Assembly: GCA_963804165.1 (NCBI GenBank)
Contig: CAWDPO010000014.1
Location: forward strand, 32,001-96,000
Length of the DNA: 64,000 bases
DNA from: an uncultured delta proteobacterium
GTDB lineage: Bacteria; Desulfobacterota; Binatia; UBA9968
Reading direction: 5' to 3'
Numbering within the stretch: position 1 is the stretch's first letter; each line of letters begins with the position of its first letter. A program made the translations under genes and the position numbers. Below the pieces are notes generated by a model. That model ran no database searches, was not told the origin of the DNA, and was given only the letters and a program-made list of their open reading frames with translations. This document shows, one piece after another, positions 11,430-22,590 of this stretch.

Positions 11430-12282
11430 AGCTGTAGAAACCCCGGCCGGTTTTGCGGCCGAGATTGCCGCCCGATACCATGCGTTGTTGGATCGGACTT
11501 GGACGGAATCGTGGATCTTCAAAAAACGAGCGGTAGAGCGACTCGGTGGCGGCGAAATTGACATCGTTGCCGATCAGATCCATCAGTTCGAACGGTCCCA
11601 TACGGAAATTGCCCGCTTCTTTCATGATGCGATCAATCACTTCCACCGAAGCGTCGCCGTCGCCGAGAATGCGCAAGCCTTCATTGTAGAACGGCCGGGC
11701 GACGCGATTGACGATAAACCCGGGCGTATCCTTGGCGCGCGCCGGCGTTTTTCCCATCGCTTTCATGAGCGCGGTCGCCTTCTCGATGGTGTCCGCGCTG
11801 GTACGATCCCCTTGAATGACTTCCACCAACGCCATCAACGGCGGTGGATTGAAAAAGTGCAAGCCCAGGACTCGTTCCTGGTTCCGTGTGCTGGCCGCGA
11901 TGGCGGTGATGTTGAACGACGAAGTGTTGGTTGCCAAGAGCGTCTCGGGAGCGCAGATCACGTCGAGCTGCTTGAAAATCTCGCGCTTGAGGTCGAGTTT
12001 CTCTGGAGCCGCTTCGATGACTAAGGTTGCGTCCCTGCAATCTTCGAGGCTCGTCGTAGTTCGAAAGCGCTCGAGAATTTCTTGTTCCTGTTCGGCGGTC
12101 AACCTGCCGCGCGTGCGGCTTCCTTGCAAAAAAGTTCGCACTCGATCCAAACCGGCGTCGATAAATTCTTGCTTGACGTCATAAACCAGGGTCTCGTAGC
12201 CGGCTTGCGCCGAGACTTGCGCAATCCCCGCGCCCATGGTGCCGGCGCCAAGGACGGCGATCTTTTCGGTTTTGTTGGCCAT
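11416..12282 (-). CDS. paaH: 3-hydroxyacyl-CoA dehydrogenase (PaaH N-terminal half / Hbd-like)
   Basis: [25 protein letters not shown]. Confidence 0.8.
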   Translation of the reverse strand: MANKTEKIAVLGAGTMGAGIAQVSAQAGYETLVYDVKQEFIDAGLDRVRTFLQGSRTRGRLTAEQEQEILERFRTTTSLEDCRDATLVIEAAPEKLDLKREIFKQLDVICAPETLLATNTSSFNITAIAASTRNQERVLGLHFFNPPPLMALVEVIQGDRTSADTIEKATALMKAMGKTPARAKDTPGFIVNRVARPFYNEGLRILGDGDASVEVIDRIMKEAGNFRMGPFELMDLIGNDVNFAATESLYRSFFEDPRFRPSPIQQRMVSGGNLGRKTGRGFYSYDKK

Positions 12283-12354
12283 CGCTTTACTGTTTCGAGT
12301 TTCGGGTTCAACGTTTCAGGTTACACTGAAAGCACGAAACCCAAAACTGATTTT

Positions 12355-13134
12355 TCACTTTCCGGTAAACATCGGCGCGCGCTTCTCTAAGAACGCTTTC
12401 ACACCCTCGTCGTAGTCGGTGCTTCTGCCGGCGATTTCCTGCAGTTGCGCCTCGTATTCGAGATCGCTTTCGAGGTTCGCTAAGTGAGCATGATTGACCG
12501 CGCGCTTGATGAGGCCTATGCCGCGCGGCGCGCGCGCCACTTGCTCCGCCAATGCTTTCGCCGCCTCTGCAAATTCCGTGGAGGGAAACACCCGCGCCAC
12601 CAAGCCGATGCGCTGCGCTTCCTTGGCATCGACGGTGTCGCCGAGGAGCAAAAGCTCCATCGCTTTGCTGAGGCCGACGAGGCGCGGAAGAATGAAACTG
12701 CCGCCCGAATCCGGCGCCAAGCCGACGCGCACGAACGATTGGATGAATTTTGCCTCTTCGGACGCGACGCGCAGATCGCAGGCGAGCGCAAAGTTGCAAC
12801 CGGCGCCGGCGGCGACGCCGTTGACCGCCGCGATGACGATCTTTTCCATCTGGCGGATCTGGCGGATCATCGGATTGTATTTCTCGCGCAGCGAAGCGCC
12901 CAGGGAGCCTTTTTGCTCGGGTGTTCTGCCCTTGAGGTCCTGGCCGGCGCAGAACGCGCGGCCCGCGCCGGTGATCATGAAACAGCGCACTTCCTTGTCC
13001 CGCTCGCCGTCTTTCAGCGCTTCGAGCACTTCTTTGTTCATCTGCGGCACAAACGCATTCAGTGACTGCGGCCGGTTCAATGTAATCGTCGCAACGCCGC
13101 TCTGCTTGTCGTAGAGGATGGTCTCGTAGGCCAC
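12355..13134 (-). CDS. paaG: Enoyl-CoA hydratase/isomerase, PaaG-like
   Basis: FCAGQDL, AAGAG, GLAPDSGG with the Asp typical of PaaG. Confidence 0.8.
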   Translation of the reverse strand: MAYETILYDKQSGVATITLNRPQSLNAFVPQMNKEVLEALKDGERDKEVRCFMITGAGRAFCAGQDLKGRTPEQKGSLGASLREKYNPMIRQIRQMEKIVIAAVNGVAAGAGCNFALACDLRVASEEAKFIQSFVRVGLAPDSGGSFILPRLVGLSKAMELLLLGDTVDAKEAQRIGLVARVFPSTEFAEAAKALAEQVARAPRGIGLIKRAVNHAHLANLESDLEYEAQLQEIAGRSTDYDEGVKAFLEKRAPMFTGK

Positions 13135-13150
13135 GCTGAAACCCCGTCGC

Positions 13151-13924
13151 CTATTTACCTTTGAATTCCGGCTTGCGTTTTTCGAGAAACGCCTTCATGC
13201 CTTCGCTGCGGTCTTCAGAGGCGAATAGTAAGTAAAACGACTTGCGCTCGAAGTCCAAGCCTTCGTCGAGCGGAGCGTTGGCGGCTTTTAGCACTGCTTC
13301 TTTGGCGGCCTTGATGGCGAGAACCGGCTTGGCGGCGATCTTCCTGGCGATGTTTTTCGCTTCCTCCAAAAACAACTCTACCGGTAACACGCGACTCACG
13401 AGACCCAAACGCTCTGCGTCGGCGGCGCTCAGGATGTCGCCGGTGAGCACGAGCTCCATGGCGCGGTGTTTGCCAAGAACATGCGTCAAGCGTTGCGTGC
13501 CGCCGCTGCCGGGGATGATGCCGAGGTTAACTTCCGGCTGACCGAAGCGCGCGGTCTCCGATGCAATGATGATATCGCAGCTCAGCGCCAATTCACAGCC
13601 GCCGCCGAGGGCGAAGCCGCTAACCGCGGCGATGACAGGTTTGGTGATTTGGTTAATTTTATCGCGATAAGCGAGCCGTTCCTGAATTCTTTCGTCGAAC
13701 GGCCCGCGCTCCGCCATCTCTTTGATATCCGCTCCCGCCGCGAAGACTTTTTCTCCGCCGGTGATGATGATCACCCGAACTTCATCGTCTTGATCGAGCT
13801 CCTGCATGGCCAGAGAAAGATCTTTGACCAGCGCATAAGAGAGAGCGTTTAACGCTTGCGGACGGTTGAGCGTGACGACGGCGGTCGGACCGTCCTTTTC
13901 GACCAGGACGTTGTCGAAATTCAT
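13151..13924 (-). CDS. paaF: Enoyl-CoA hydratase, PaaF-like
   Basis: [27 protein letters not shown]; start set at MNFDNV. Confidence 0.8.
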   Translation of the reverse strand: MNFDNVLVEKDGPTAVVTLNRPQALNALSYALVKDLSLAMQELDQDDEVRVIIITGGEKVFAAGADIKEMAERGPFDERIQERLAYRDKINQITKPVIAAVSGFALGGGCELALSCDIIIASETARFGQPEVNLGIIPGSGGTQRLTHVLGKHRAMELVLTGDILSAADAERLGLVSRVLPVELFLEEAKNIARKIAAKPVLAIKAAKEAVLKAANAPLDEGLDFERKSFYLLFASEDRSEGMKAFLEKRKPEFKGK

Positions 13925-14092
13925 AAACGTTGAGGTTTTAGACATACACCATGGCGGGGGTCGATTCAAGAAACTGTGCGAAACGGCAAGTGCTGGAAAA
14001 AAATCGACTCAATGCCAATTCGCCCGTCGTAAGTGGCAAACGCATAGTGTCATTGACACCCCTAGGCCGATTTGCAAATATCGAATCCATCC

Positions 14093-14776
14093 ATGTCGAT
14101 TCGTCTCGAACCCGCAACCCGTCAGTACGACGAAAAGCTGCAGCAGATTCTCAAATCCTCGGCCAAGATTTTTGCTGAAAAAGGTTTTCATCATACCTCG
14201 GTGCGCGACATCGCGCGGGCGACGAAGATGAGTCTGTCCGGATTGTATTATTACTTTACCACCAAAGAAGAATTGCTCTTTTTGATCCAAGAGCGCTGTT
14301 TTTTGACCCTGCTACAGCGTTGGGAACACGCGGCACAGGCGGACCTCGACGTGCGCGCGCGTATCCGCGCCTTCGCCGAAAATCACTTGAGTTTCTTTCT
14401 GCACAACATGCCGGAGATGAAAGTGATGGCGCACGAGGATGAGTCGCTTACCGGCGAATTCAATGACAAGATCCTCGTGCTCAAACGTCGCTACGTCAAG
14501 GTGATCATGGATCTCATGGGCGAATTGCAGAAACAAGAGGGAGCCAAAGGCATCGATTTGCGGGTGGCGACGTTTGCCCTGTTCGGCATGATGAACTGGA
14601 TCTATACCTGGTACCAACCCAAGCGCGATCTGGGGTTGCCCCAGCTGATCGAGCAGATGTTGCGAATCTACTTCTTCGGGCTGCTCAAATCACCGGGCGC
14701 GCAGGAAGAATGGTTCACAGCGAGAGCGGGGTCGAGTGAAAAGAACAAATTTTCCCTTTGGCAGAATATTCCTTAA
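14093..14776 (+). CDS. TetR-family regulator divergent from the paa-like operon
   Basis: HTH FAEKGFHHTSVRDIA...LYYYF and C-terminal GMMNWIYTWY. Confidence 0.88.
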   Translation: MSIRLEPATRQYDEKLQQILKSSAKIFAEKGFHHTSVRDIARATKMSLSGLYYYFTTKEELLFLIQERCFLTLLQRWEHAAQADLDVRARIRAFAENHLSFFLHNMPEMKVMAHEDESLTGEFNDKILVLKRRYVKVIMDLMGELQKQEGAKGIDLRVATFALFGMMNWIYTWYQPKRDLGLPQLIEQMLRIYFFGLLKSPGAQEEWFTARAGSSEKNKFSLWQNIP

Positions 14777-14805
14777 ACCGGCAGTATTGGAAGTGAGGCG
14801 CAAAC

Positions 14806-15339
14806 ATGGGCTTGTTACGAATCGGCGACAACGCGCCCGACTTTAACGTTGAAGGTATTTTTCAGGGGAAAGTCGCGGAGTATTCGCTTGCAAGCTGCAA
14901 GGGGAAGTGGTTGGTGCTGTTTTTCTATCCCGCCGACTTCACCTTCATTTGCCCCACAGAGGTCACCGGTTTCAGCAAGATGGCCAAGGCGTTCGCCGCA
15001 GAATCCGCGATGATTTACGGCGCGAGCGTAGATTCCATCGATAGCCATCGCTCGTGGGCGGAAGAGCTCGGCGGTTTGGAATATCCGCTGCTGAGCGACA
15101 CGGGTAAGACGCTGAGCAAGGCGTACGGCGTTCTCGACGAGAAAGAAGGCGTCGCTTTGCGCGCGACCTTTATCATCAATCCCGCCGGGGTCATCTACTA
15201 TCAGGTCATGAGCCACGTCAACGTCGGACGCAGCGTGGAAGAAACATTGCGCGTGCTCAAGGCGCTGCGCACGGAGCGCTTGTGTCCATCCGATTGGCAG
15301 CCAGGGGAGGCGACCGGTGATCTGGGATTGAAGTATTAG
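14806..15339 (+). CDS. ahpC: 2-Cys peroxiredoxin (AhpC/TSA)
   Basis: FYPADFTFICPTE and LCPSDW motifs. Confidence 0.88.
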   Translation: MGLLRIGDNAPDFNVEGIFQGKVAEYSLASCKGKWLVLFFYPADFTFICPTEVTGFSKMAKAFAAESAMIYGASVDSIDSHRSWAEELGGLEYPLLSDTGKTLSKAYGVLDEKEGVALRATFIINPAGVIYYQVMSHVNVGRSVEETLRVLKALRTERLCPSDWQPGEATGDLGLKY

Positions 15340-15430
15340 GTCAATGGAAACCTTGCCATTCACAATTCACGTGCCAAGAATTATCCCGCGCCCTTTATCT
15401 TTTCATTTTCCCCTTTCCGCTTGATTCCCG

Positions 15431-16159
15431 ATGGCTCTAGCAGCGATCCAACGAAAAAAGCGGGTGATCGAGAGCCGATCGCGGATTCGCGAGTTCGTCT
15501 TCGGCATTCAAGACGGTTTGATCAGCACGGTCGGTTTGCTCGCTGGCGTGCAGGGGGCGACGGAGAACAACGTCGTGGTGATCGTCACCGGACTCACCGC
15601 GATGTCTTCGGGAGCGATTTCAATGGCGGCGGGTTCGTATCTGTCCTCGGGAGCGCAGAAAGATATTTTCGACAAAGAAATCGCCGATGCCGAAAGGCTC
15701 GCCGATCGCGAACCCTATATCGCGGCGGAAGGCTTGCTCAACGCACTCGAACAGGAGGGATTGAGCAAGGAGCACGGCTACCGGCTGGTTAAGGTCTTGC
15801 TTCAAGAGCGAAACGTTTTTCTGCGCACGTTTCAGGAAAAAGTCTTCGGGTTGGGCAGCGCCGAAGTCAATCAGCCGATTGCGGCGGCGCTCGTGATGGG
15901 GCTCTCGTTCGTGGTCGGCGCATTTGTGCCGATCTCGCCGTATATTTTCTTGAGCGGTGTGCCGGCGCTCTATCTTTCGGGTTTGTTGAGCGGGATTACG
16001 CTCTTCGGTGTCGGCGCGTTCAAAGGATATCTGGCGGGCCAATCGCTGTTAGTTTCCGGATTGAAATTCTTCGCGATCGCCGTCAGCGCCGCCGGCGTGG
16101 GTTACCTGATCGGCCTCGTCGTGCAGTATTTTTTTCCGGGGATATCTGTTCCGACATAG
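15431..16159 (+). CDS. VIT1/CCC1 family iron/manganese transporter
   Basis: VFGIQDGL, GAISMAAGSYLS; about 5 TM segments. Confidence 0.88.
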   Translation: MALAAIQRKKRVIESRSRIREFVFGIQDGLISTVGLLAGVQGATENNVVVIVTGLTAMSSGAISMAAGSYLSSGAQKDIFDKEIADAERLADREPYIAAEGLLNALEQEGLSKEHGYRLVKVLLQERNVFLRTFQEKVFGLGSAEVNQPIAAALVMGLSFVVGAFVPISPYIFLSGVPALYLSGLLSGITLFGVGAFKGYLAGQSLLVSGLKFFAIAVSAAGVGYLIGLVVQYFFPGISVPT

Positions 16160-16310
16160 AATTCGATCGCCCTCACCCTTCCCTCTCCCGCCTCGCGGGC
16201 GAGGGTTTATTGCAAGTGCAGCAAAAAGATCACTGAACCTTCGTTCGAAGATGATTCTATTTCCTTGCTCTCGAGAGGATGAACGTGAGGGTGTCGCAAG
16301 ATGAGGTTGA

Positions 16311-17192
16311 TCAGGCTTTAATCAAGCTACGCAGCAGCGTCAAGTTTTCTCTGTCTTCTTTGAGATCCGGTCCCTTCGGCGTTTCGAGGCACATGGGCAA
16401 GCCCCAAAAGCGCTTGTCATTCATGAGCAGACGAAAGGCTTCGACGCCGATGAAGCCCTTGCCGATATGCTCGTGGCGATCGACGCGGGAATAGAATTCC
16501 TTTTTTGAATCGTTGAGGTGAAACGCGGCTAATCGGTCGATGCCGATCGCGTCATCGAATTCGTCGAACGTGCGCTCGTAGCCTTCCTTCGTGCGAATGT
16601 CATAACCGGCGGCGAAGGCATGTTCGGTATCGAAGCAAACGCGCAGGCGATCGCTTTCGTGCGTGGCATCGATCATATTGGCGATTTGCTCGAAGCGATA
16701 GCCGAGATTAGAACCTTGACCCGCGGTGATTTCGAGCGTGATCGTCGCGCGATAACCTGGACACGCTTTGTGAACTTCGTCCAACGACCTGGCGATCGTC
16801 TTGATGCCCTCGGTTTCTCCCGTGCCGACGTGGGCGCCGGGATGAGCGATTAGATTGGTCACGCCCAAAACTTCGCAGCGCTCGAACTCATCGATGAAAG
16901 CCGCCACGGAGCGCTTGTGCAGGGCCGGATCCGGCGAGCCGAGGTTGAGTAAATAGGAATCGTGCGCGACGACGCTCTCGATGCCGGTTTCCTTCTTGTT
17001 CGCATGGAATTGCGCAATCTCTTCTTTGGTATAGGGGGTGGCCGCCCATTGGCGCGAGGACTTGGTAAAAATTTGAATCGCGTCGCAGTCGACTTTCTTG
17101 CCTTCGAGAAAGGCATTGCCGACGCCGCCGGCAATCGACATATGTGCGCCCAAAAGTGGACCGCGCGGTTTCGGCTTAGTCTTAGTAACCAT
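16311..17192 (-). CDS. nfo: Endonuclease IV
   Basis: GAHMSIAGG, HDSYLLNL, HPG, DTEH, HLNDSK, DRHEHIG, LETP. Confidence 0.95.
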   Translation of the reverse strand: MVTKTKPKPRGPLLGAHMSIAGGVGNAFLEGKKVDCDAIQIFTKSSRQWAATPYTKEEIAQFHANKKETGIESVVAHDSYLLNLGSPDPALHKRSVAAFIDEFERCEVLGVTNLIAHPGAHVGTGETEGIKTIARSLDEVHKACPGYRATITLEITAGQGSNLGYRFEQIANMIDATHESDRLRVCFDTEHAFAAGYDIRTKEGYERTFDEFDDAIGIDRLAAFHLNDSKKEFYSRVDRHEHIGKGFIGVEAFRLLMNDKRFWGLPMCLETPKGPDLKEDRENLTLLRSLIKA

Positions 17193-17283
17193 TGGAACAC
17201 CTGGAACAATTGAAACGATTGGAACGAATTCGTGGCGCGGCCTGGTTCCAGTCGTTCCAATAGTTCAAAATGTTCCAGACGTT
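17192..17283. repeat. Intergenic inverted array of ~9-nt TTGGAAC/GTTCCAA units
   Basis: ttggaacacctggaacaattgaaacgattggaacg ... gttccagtcgttccaatagttcaaaatgttccag; related units at 21121-21160 and 21294-21352. Confidence 0.75.
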
Positions 17284-17291
17284 TAGGATAA

Positions 17292-18900
17292 TCACGTGAA
17301 GTGTCTTCTTTCTACCAGCGGCAACGAGATGCTGCCGGCGCTGAGCAGTTTATCGTGGAACTCGCATAAGTTGAATTTGCTGCCCAGCCGCCGTTCCTCA
17401 TGGTCGCGCAGGCGGTTGATGATCGACCAGCCGAGCGCGTAGCCCATCGGCACCGACGGCGACTGGCTGTACCAGTTTAAATCGCCGCAGGCTTGCGCAC
17501 GCGGAAAGTGCAACTCGCGCACCATCAAGTCGGCGGCTTCGTCGTAGCTCATGCGGCCCGTTTGAGTTTTTACGTCGATAATGATTCTCAGCGCGCGCCA
17601 GAGGCGATCCTTGAGCATGACGAAGCGATGTTCTTTGCTCTTAAGAAAACCTTGCTCCTGCATGAGCTGCTCACAGTAGAGCGCCCAGCCTTCGTAGAAA
17701 ACGGAGGATTCATTCATTAGCCGGGGCAGAGTCGAAGCAGCAGGGGTGCAATTGGCAATGGAAAACTGCAGGTGGTGCCCGGGGTAACTTTCGTGCACGG
17801 AAGTGTTTTCCAGGCCGACCCAGTTGTGCTCGCGCAGCAAGTCATCGTCCGTGACGGGTGTGACGTAATAATAACCGACCTGATCCGGGTCCTTCGGTGA
17901 TGGCGATAAGTAGGCGGCGAACGGGATTTCATGGCGGCGAAACTCCGGCGTGTGGACCACGTGCAGTCTTTCTTTGGGCGGAAAGGAAACCAGGTTCCTT
18001 TCTTTGACGAACGTCACGCGCCGCTTCCATCGCTTCTTGATACGCCGGGAGAATCTGAGCGATCGTCGGATGGTGGTCTTGTATCTTCCGCGCCGCTGCC
18101 TCGACGCCTTTGCCGGGAGCCAACTCGTCGGCGAGCGATACGAGTTCTTGCTTGGTCCTGGTAAAAAGACTTTCGCCCCACGCGAGCAAGCTGACGGCGT
18201 CGTGATCGAGATAGTGTTTTTTCTTCAGCAGCAGATTGTAGTGCTCCGTGCCGACCGCGTAGACGCCGTGGCTGCGCGGCAGCAGGTCGCTCTCGAGAAA
18301 AGACGCAAACTCGCCGACCGCGCCTTTCGCATCATCGAGCGCGTTTTTGAGCGCGTTCGGATCGATGCCCGCGATTTGTACTTTGGGGTGGGTCGGCAAG
18401 GTTTCCAAAAAACCGACAGCGCCCTTGGCGCCCTCGATTGCCATCTCCGTCCAAAGCCTCGGCGGGTTGGCATCTTTGCGGCTCAGATTATCGATGCCTT
18501 GCCGAATGAGAGCCGGCGTTCGGTTCAGGCGGTTCAAAAGATTGCCTGCCAAGTCGTTCGTTGCACGAACCGTGAGGATATAGATGGCGTCGATGGGCGA
18601 ATAGGTGTCGGGCCACTTTAGCCGATAATCTTCTTTGGCATGCTCGAACTTCTGAATCGTGAGTTTTCCCTCGAGCAAGACACAATCGATGGCCTCGTCT
18701 TGGTCGAGGTTATCGGTCGCAAGTTGCCGCAACCGCTGCAGCGATTCGTCGACGAACGCCGTTTCTGCGCGATAACTCTCGTCGGAGTAATCGTTCAGTA
18801 AATGATCGTAGCCTTGGATGCCGTAATAGATAGCGTCGGTGGGGTGAAGCTCGAAATATTTCTTAAAGTAAGCAGCGCAAAATTCGGTAAACTGGGACAT
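17292..18900 (-). CDS. DUF885 family protein (split by an apparent frameshift near 18017)
   Basis: ORFs 17929-18900 and 17292-18017 join; HESYPGHHLQ and EGWALYCE motifs. Confidence 0.82.
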
Positions 18901-19153
18901 TCGATGTCATTATCACCTTACGGTAGAGGCTGCAATTTTAGCGCGGGGCCTGCGCGGAAATTTATCCTCCGCAAAAAGTCGAAGGCAAAGGAAATCATCC
19001 GCGCCCCAAGAAGACGTAGAGTCATCGTGGCGCGACCTGGACGCCGCAGGCAGCAAGTCAAATTCCACGGCAGCTAAATCCAATAAATTCAGCTGCCGCA
19101 TTACCGTACTACGGGCTCGCTCTGTCCGAGCGCGGTGGACCAACGTCTTCGTG

Positions 19154-19706
19154 CTACGCGGGGTTTTCGCTCGGCACGGGGTGATGAAACGCCAGCACGC
19201 GTTTTCCCGACCTCGGAGTTTCGTCGTCCATCGGTGGCGCCAGCAGCACCGGGTAGGGTATCTTCTCGATCATTCGAAGCAGCTTTCGGTTTGCCAAGTT
19301 AGGAAAGAGGAAGCGATTACGAAGTTCGAGGACAATAAGATCGATGTTTTCCTCACGGGCGACGGCAATAATTTCTTCACGGGCCGTGCCGAGCCGCACT
19401 AACCGTTTGAGTTTTACCTGTCGCCGTATCGCGCACGGTTCGATCGATGAAATTCCATAAGTCGAGGGCTCGTTCGCGGAGCAAAGCATCGATCGGACGA
19501 AACGGCGGCTCGGCCCCAAAAAAAGGCCAGCCCTCCGGTGGCATAATGAAGGGCAGAAGCCCATCATCTCCTGTGAGCTTGTCAACGACATGCAGTGCGA
19601 TGATTTCTGCGTTGATCTGTTTTGCCAGGGAAGAAGCATATTTCAGCGCTTTCTCTGACTCCGAGGAAAAATCGATCGGCACTAATAGCTTTTTTACGTT
19701 ACCCAT
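19154..19706 (-). CDS. Universal stress protein (apparent frameshift near 19415)
   Basis: KKLLVPIDFSSES...ALHV continues in another frame as GTAREEIIAVAREENIDLIV...YPVLL. Confidence 0.75.
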
Positions 19707-20238
19707 GATTCCTCCGATTCGTGATTATCGGCAACACTTGATAATGCGAAATCGCGCCGGTTATCGGCGCAATCGAGGCGGCATTTGTTGTTCTCAAACC
19801 GCGCGACCTTGTTTTAAAATAACCGCAATTGCTATGCCACGGACCGGCGCCAGAATTGAGCGTCAAATCGCGGCCTAACCTTCTTTCTGTTCGAATAGTG
19901 CCTGTTTCTCGAACAGGCAGTGCTTAAAGAGTAAACATTTTCGCCGCTGAGGACGGTGCCAGTCGCCGAACAACGTTTGAGGATGAATAGAAATGCTGTA
20001 GGGAGTTGACGCGGTGCTGTAGGGTTAACGATGAAGCGGATGTTACAGGGAGGTAACGGTACGACGCGCTGCGAATCTGTCAGTCAGATTCAGAAAGTTG
20101 ATCGCCTGGAATTTTTACATAAACGTGTCACGGCGGCGCCATCAGGTCGCTCGACGATTGCCGTTGCCAGCGACGAAAATTAAAAGATTGCACGGATCGT
20201 TCGACATCGCGTTGCGCGTTCGCACCGTGGTTTAAATT

Positions 20239-21102
20239 CTAACTCCGGCCGGCAAGCTTGCGTCCCTGTTCGAGAACACCGAAGGAGCGCGGCGCCGAGG
20301 GCATGAGAAATCGATAGCCGTCCGCTACCAGCCGCTCGATGTTTTTCCCGTCGGGGTGAGGGTGGCCGCAGGGCACGTTGTGTTCTTTGCAGATTGCGAG
20401 AATGCGATTGATCTCCTTGGCGACGACGGGGTGCTCATAGTCGCGCGGATGACCCAGCTCCTGGCTCAGATCGCCTTCGCCGATCAAGACCACGCCGATG
20501 CCCGGAACCTCTTTGAGAATCTTCGGCAGGTTTTCGATGGCGCGAGTCTCTTCGCATTGGATGACAACGAGAACTTCTCCGTCCGGCGCCAGCGGCCAGA
20601 CGTCGGCGCGTTTGTAATATTCCTGCTGCGTCAGACCCCAATAACGCGCTGCGCGCGCGGGAGCATCGCCGCGAATACCCGGCGGATTATAATTCGACGC
20701 GGTAGACAAGCGCGGATAACGGCAGGCACCCACGGCGTTCCAGGCTTCTTCGACTGAGCTTACATGTGGGAAGATAATTCCGAAGACGCCGATGTCGAGC
20801 ACCTGCTTGGCGATCCAACTATTCATCTCTATACCGTTGGGCGGGACGCGAACCATCGGCGTGACTGCGGGAGTGAGCGTCGCGCGATCGACGATCTGGC
20901 GGCGGTCGAGCATGAACTGCAATGCTTGGCGCAGCCCGGGAAAATCGAGGGGCGCGTGCTCCATTTCGAAGGCGACGCCGTCGAGTTTGGAGCTTGCCAT
21001 AGCCACGGCGCTCTCGATATCCACCGGAGTGAAGGCGACGAAAGCGGTCTGGCCTTGTTCCAAGGCTTTGATTACGCCGTTGAGGCGGGGTATGTCTGGC
21101 AT
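20239..21102 (-). CDS. HpcH/HpaI aldolase/citrate lyase family protein
   Basis: FEMEHAP, VRVP, VLDIGVFGIIFPHV, IGEGDLS. Confidence 0.85.
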   Translation of the reverse strand: MPDIPRLNGVIKALEQGQTAFVAFTPVDIESAVAMASSKLDGVAFEMEHAPLDFPGLRQALQFMLDRRQIVDRATLTPAVTPMVRVPPNGIEMNSWIAKQVLDIGVFGIIFPHVSSVEEAWNAVGACRYPRLSTASNYNPPGIRGDAPARAARYWGLTQQEYYKRADVWPLAPDGEVLVVIQCEETRAIENLPKILKEVPGIGVVLIGEGDLSQELGHPRDYEHPVVAKEINRILAICKEHNVPCGHPHPDGKNIERLVADGYRFLMPSAPRSFGVLEQGRKLAGRS

Positions 21103-21374
21103 ATGTTAACTCCTTTACCGATCGTTCAAGACGTTCAAAATGTTCAAGCCATTCAAATCGTGGAAAATCAAGAGCGGCCAGGAACAAAGTTTTGAACATT
21201 TCTTTGAAGATTGCTATAGCAAAGCGATTCGAAGCTGACAATCGGCGCGGCGTGGCGCAGGATTCGGGGTCCTAAACTTCGTTCTCCAGACGGCTTGAAC
21301 CCTTCGACTCCGCTCAGGGCAGGCTCCGCGCGGCGGTTGAACGGCTTGAACGAATCTAACTCTTAGGAGGTTCT

Positions 21375-22379
21375 ATGATCATCGACGCTCACACTCATTT
21401 CACCACGGCGCCTGCGCAACTTCAGGCTTACCGCGGGCAGCAAATCACCAACCTCGCTAAGCCGGTGCGCGCTAAGCTCAATATCAGCGACGAGGAGGTC
21501 GCGCGCTCGATGCAGGGACAGCTCAAACGCATGCAGGAGTGCGGCATCGACCGGCTGATGTTTTCGCCGCAGGCCGGCGCGATGGGACATCACTTCGGTT
21601 CGCCCCTGGTGAGCCGTTACTGGACCGAGGCGTGCAACGATTTGATCGCGCGGATCGCCAAGCTTTTTCCGGATAAGATCTCGCCGGTCTGCCAGCTGCC
21701 CCAGTCGCCGGGAGTCGGGCCGAACGAGTGGGCCGACGAACTCGATCGCTGCGTTAACGACTTGGGCTTCGTCGGCTGCAACGTCAATCCCGATATGGCG
21801 GGGGGGCGGGAGCCGTTGACGCCATCCATGGGCAGCGAGTGGTGGTATCCGCTGTGGGAGAAGCTAGTCAAACTCGACGTGCCGTGCACGGTTCACGCCA
21901 GCGCCTCGCTCAATCCGGCGATGCATCTGACCAACGCCTATTACATCGCGCACCATAATTCCGCCGCTGTGGAGATTCTCAAGTCGCGCGTGTTCAAGGA
22001 TTTTCCAAAACTGAAAATCATCATTCCGCACGGCGGCGGCGCGATTCCCTTTCAATGGAACCGCCAGCGCGGCATGCACGTGAAAGAAGGCCTCGAGCCG
22101 TTCGAGGAAGCGGCGCGGCGTGTCTACTGGGACATGGCGATCTACGACAAGGAATCGATGGAGCTTTTGATCAAGCGGATCGGCGCCGACAACGTGCTCT
22201 TCGCCACCGAGATGTTCGGCGCCGTCAACGCCATCGATCCCAAGACCGGCAGAAACTTCGAAGACCTCGTGCCGATCTTCAAGTCCATCGACTGGCTTAC
22301 CGAAGAGGAACGCCTCAAGATCACCGAAGGGAATGCCAAAAGAGTTTTCTCGCGCATGTCGGCGTCGACTAAAGCGTAA
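21375..22379 (+). CDS. Amidohydrolase_2 protein, LigJ-like (4-oxalomesaconate hydratase-like)
   Basis: MIIDAHTHFTTAP N-terminus, CQLPQSPG, PHGGGAIP, LFATEMFGAV resemble LigJ. Confidence 0.75.
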   Translation: MIIDAHTHFTTAPAQLQAYRGQQITNLAKPVRAKLNISDEEVARSMQGQLKRMQECGIDRLMFSPQAGAMGHHFGSPLVSRYWTEACNDLIARIAKLFPDKISPVCQLPQSPGVGPNEWADELDRCVNDLGFVGCNVNPDMAGGREPLTPSMGSEWWYPLWEKLVKLDVPCTVHASASLNPAMHLTNAYYIAHHNSAAVEILKSRVFKDFPKLKIIIPHGGGAIPFQWNRQRGMHVKEGLEPFEEAARRVYWDMAIYDKESMELLIKRIGADNVLFATEMFGAVNAIDPKTGRNFEDLVPIFKSIDWLTEEERLKITEGNAKRVFSRMSASTKA

Positions 22380-22590
22380 ATGACGATTGGTGCGGTGAAT
22401 CGGCAAGCCGGATCGGCCAACACGTTGGTCGAAGCCAAATTATTCAGTCAGAAAAGTTTGGTGTGAACGACGTTTGGCTGATTTCAGCTTGTCACCGCGA
22501 GGACACAATCACACTGCGAGCAATTGCGGATGTCTGAGAAATGCCACGTGATCGACTTCAGCGCCGCGGCTTTCAACTCGCTCGATATCG

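Noticed and set aside
19873-19879. GCCTAAC upstream of the USP gene (and GTTAGGT near 47725) as cassette borders
   Set aside because: They are not adjacent to a matching gene boundary or partner site, and such heptamers are expected by chance.
19880-20238. ncRNA or riboswitch in the long intergenic gap
   Set aside because: I could not recognise a conserved motif or convincing structure by eye; an Rfam scan would be needed.
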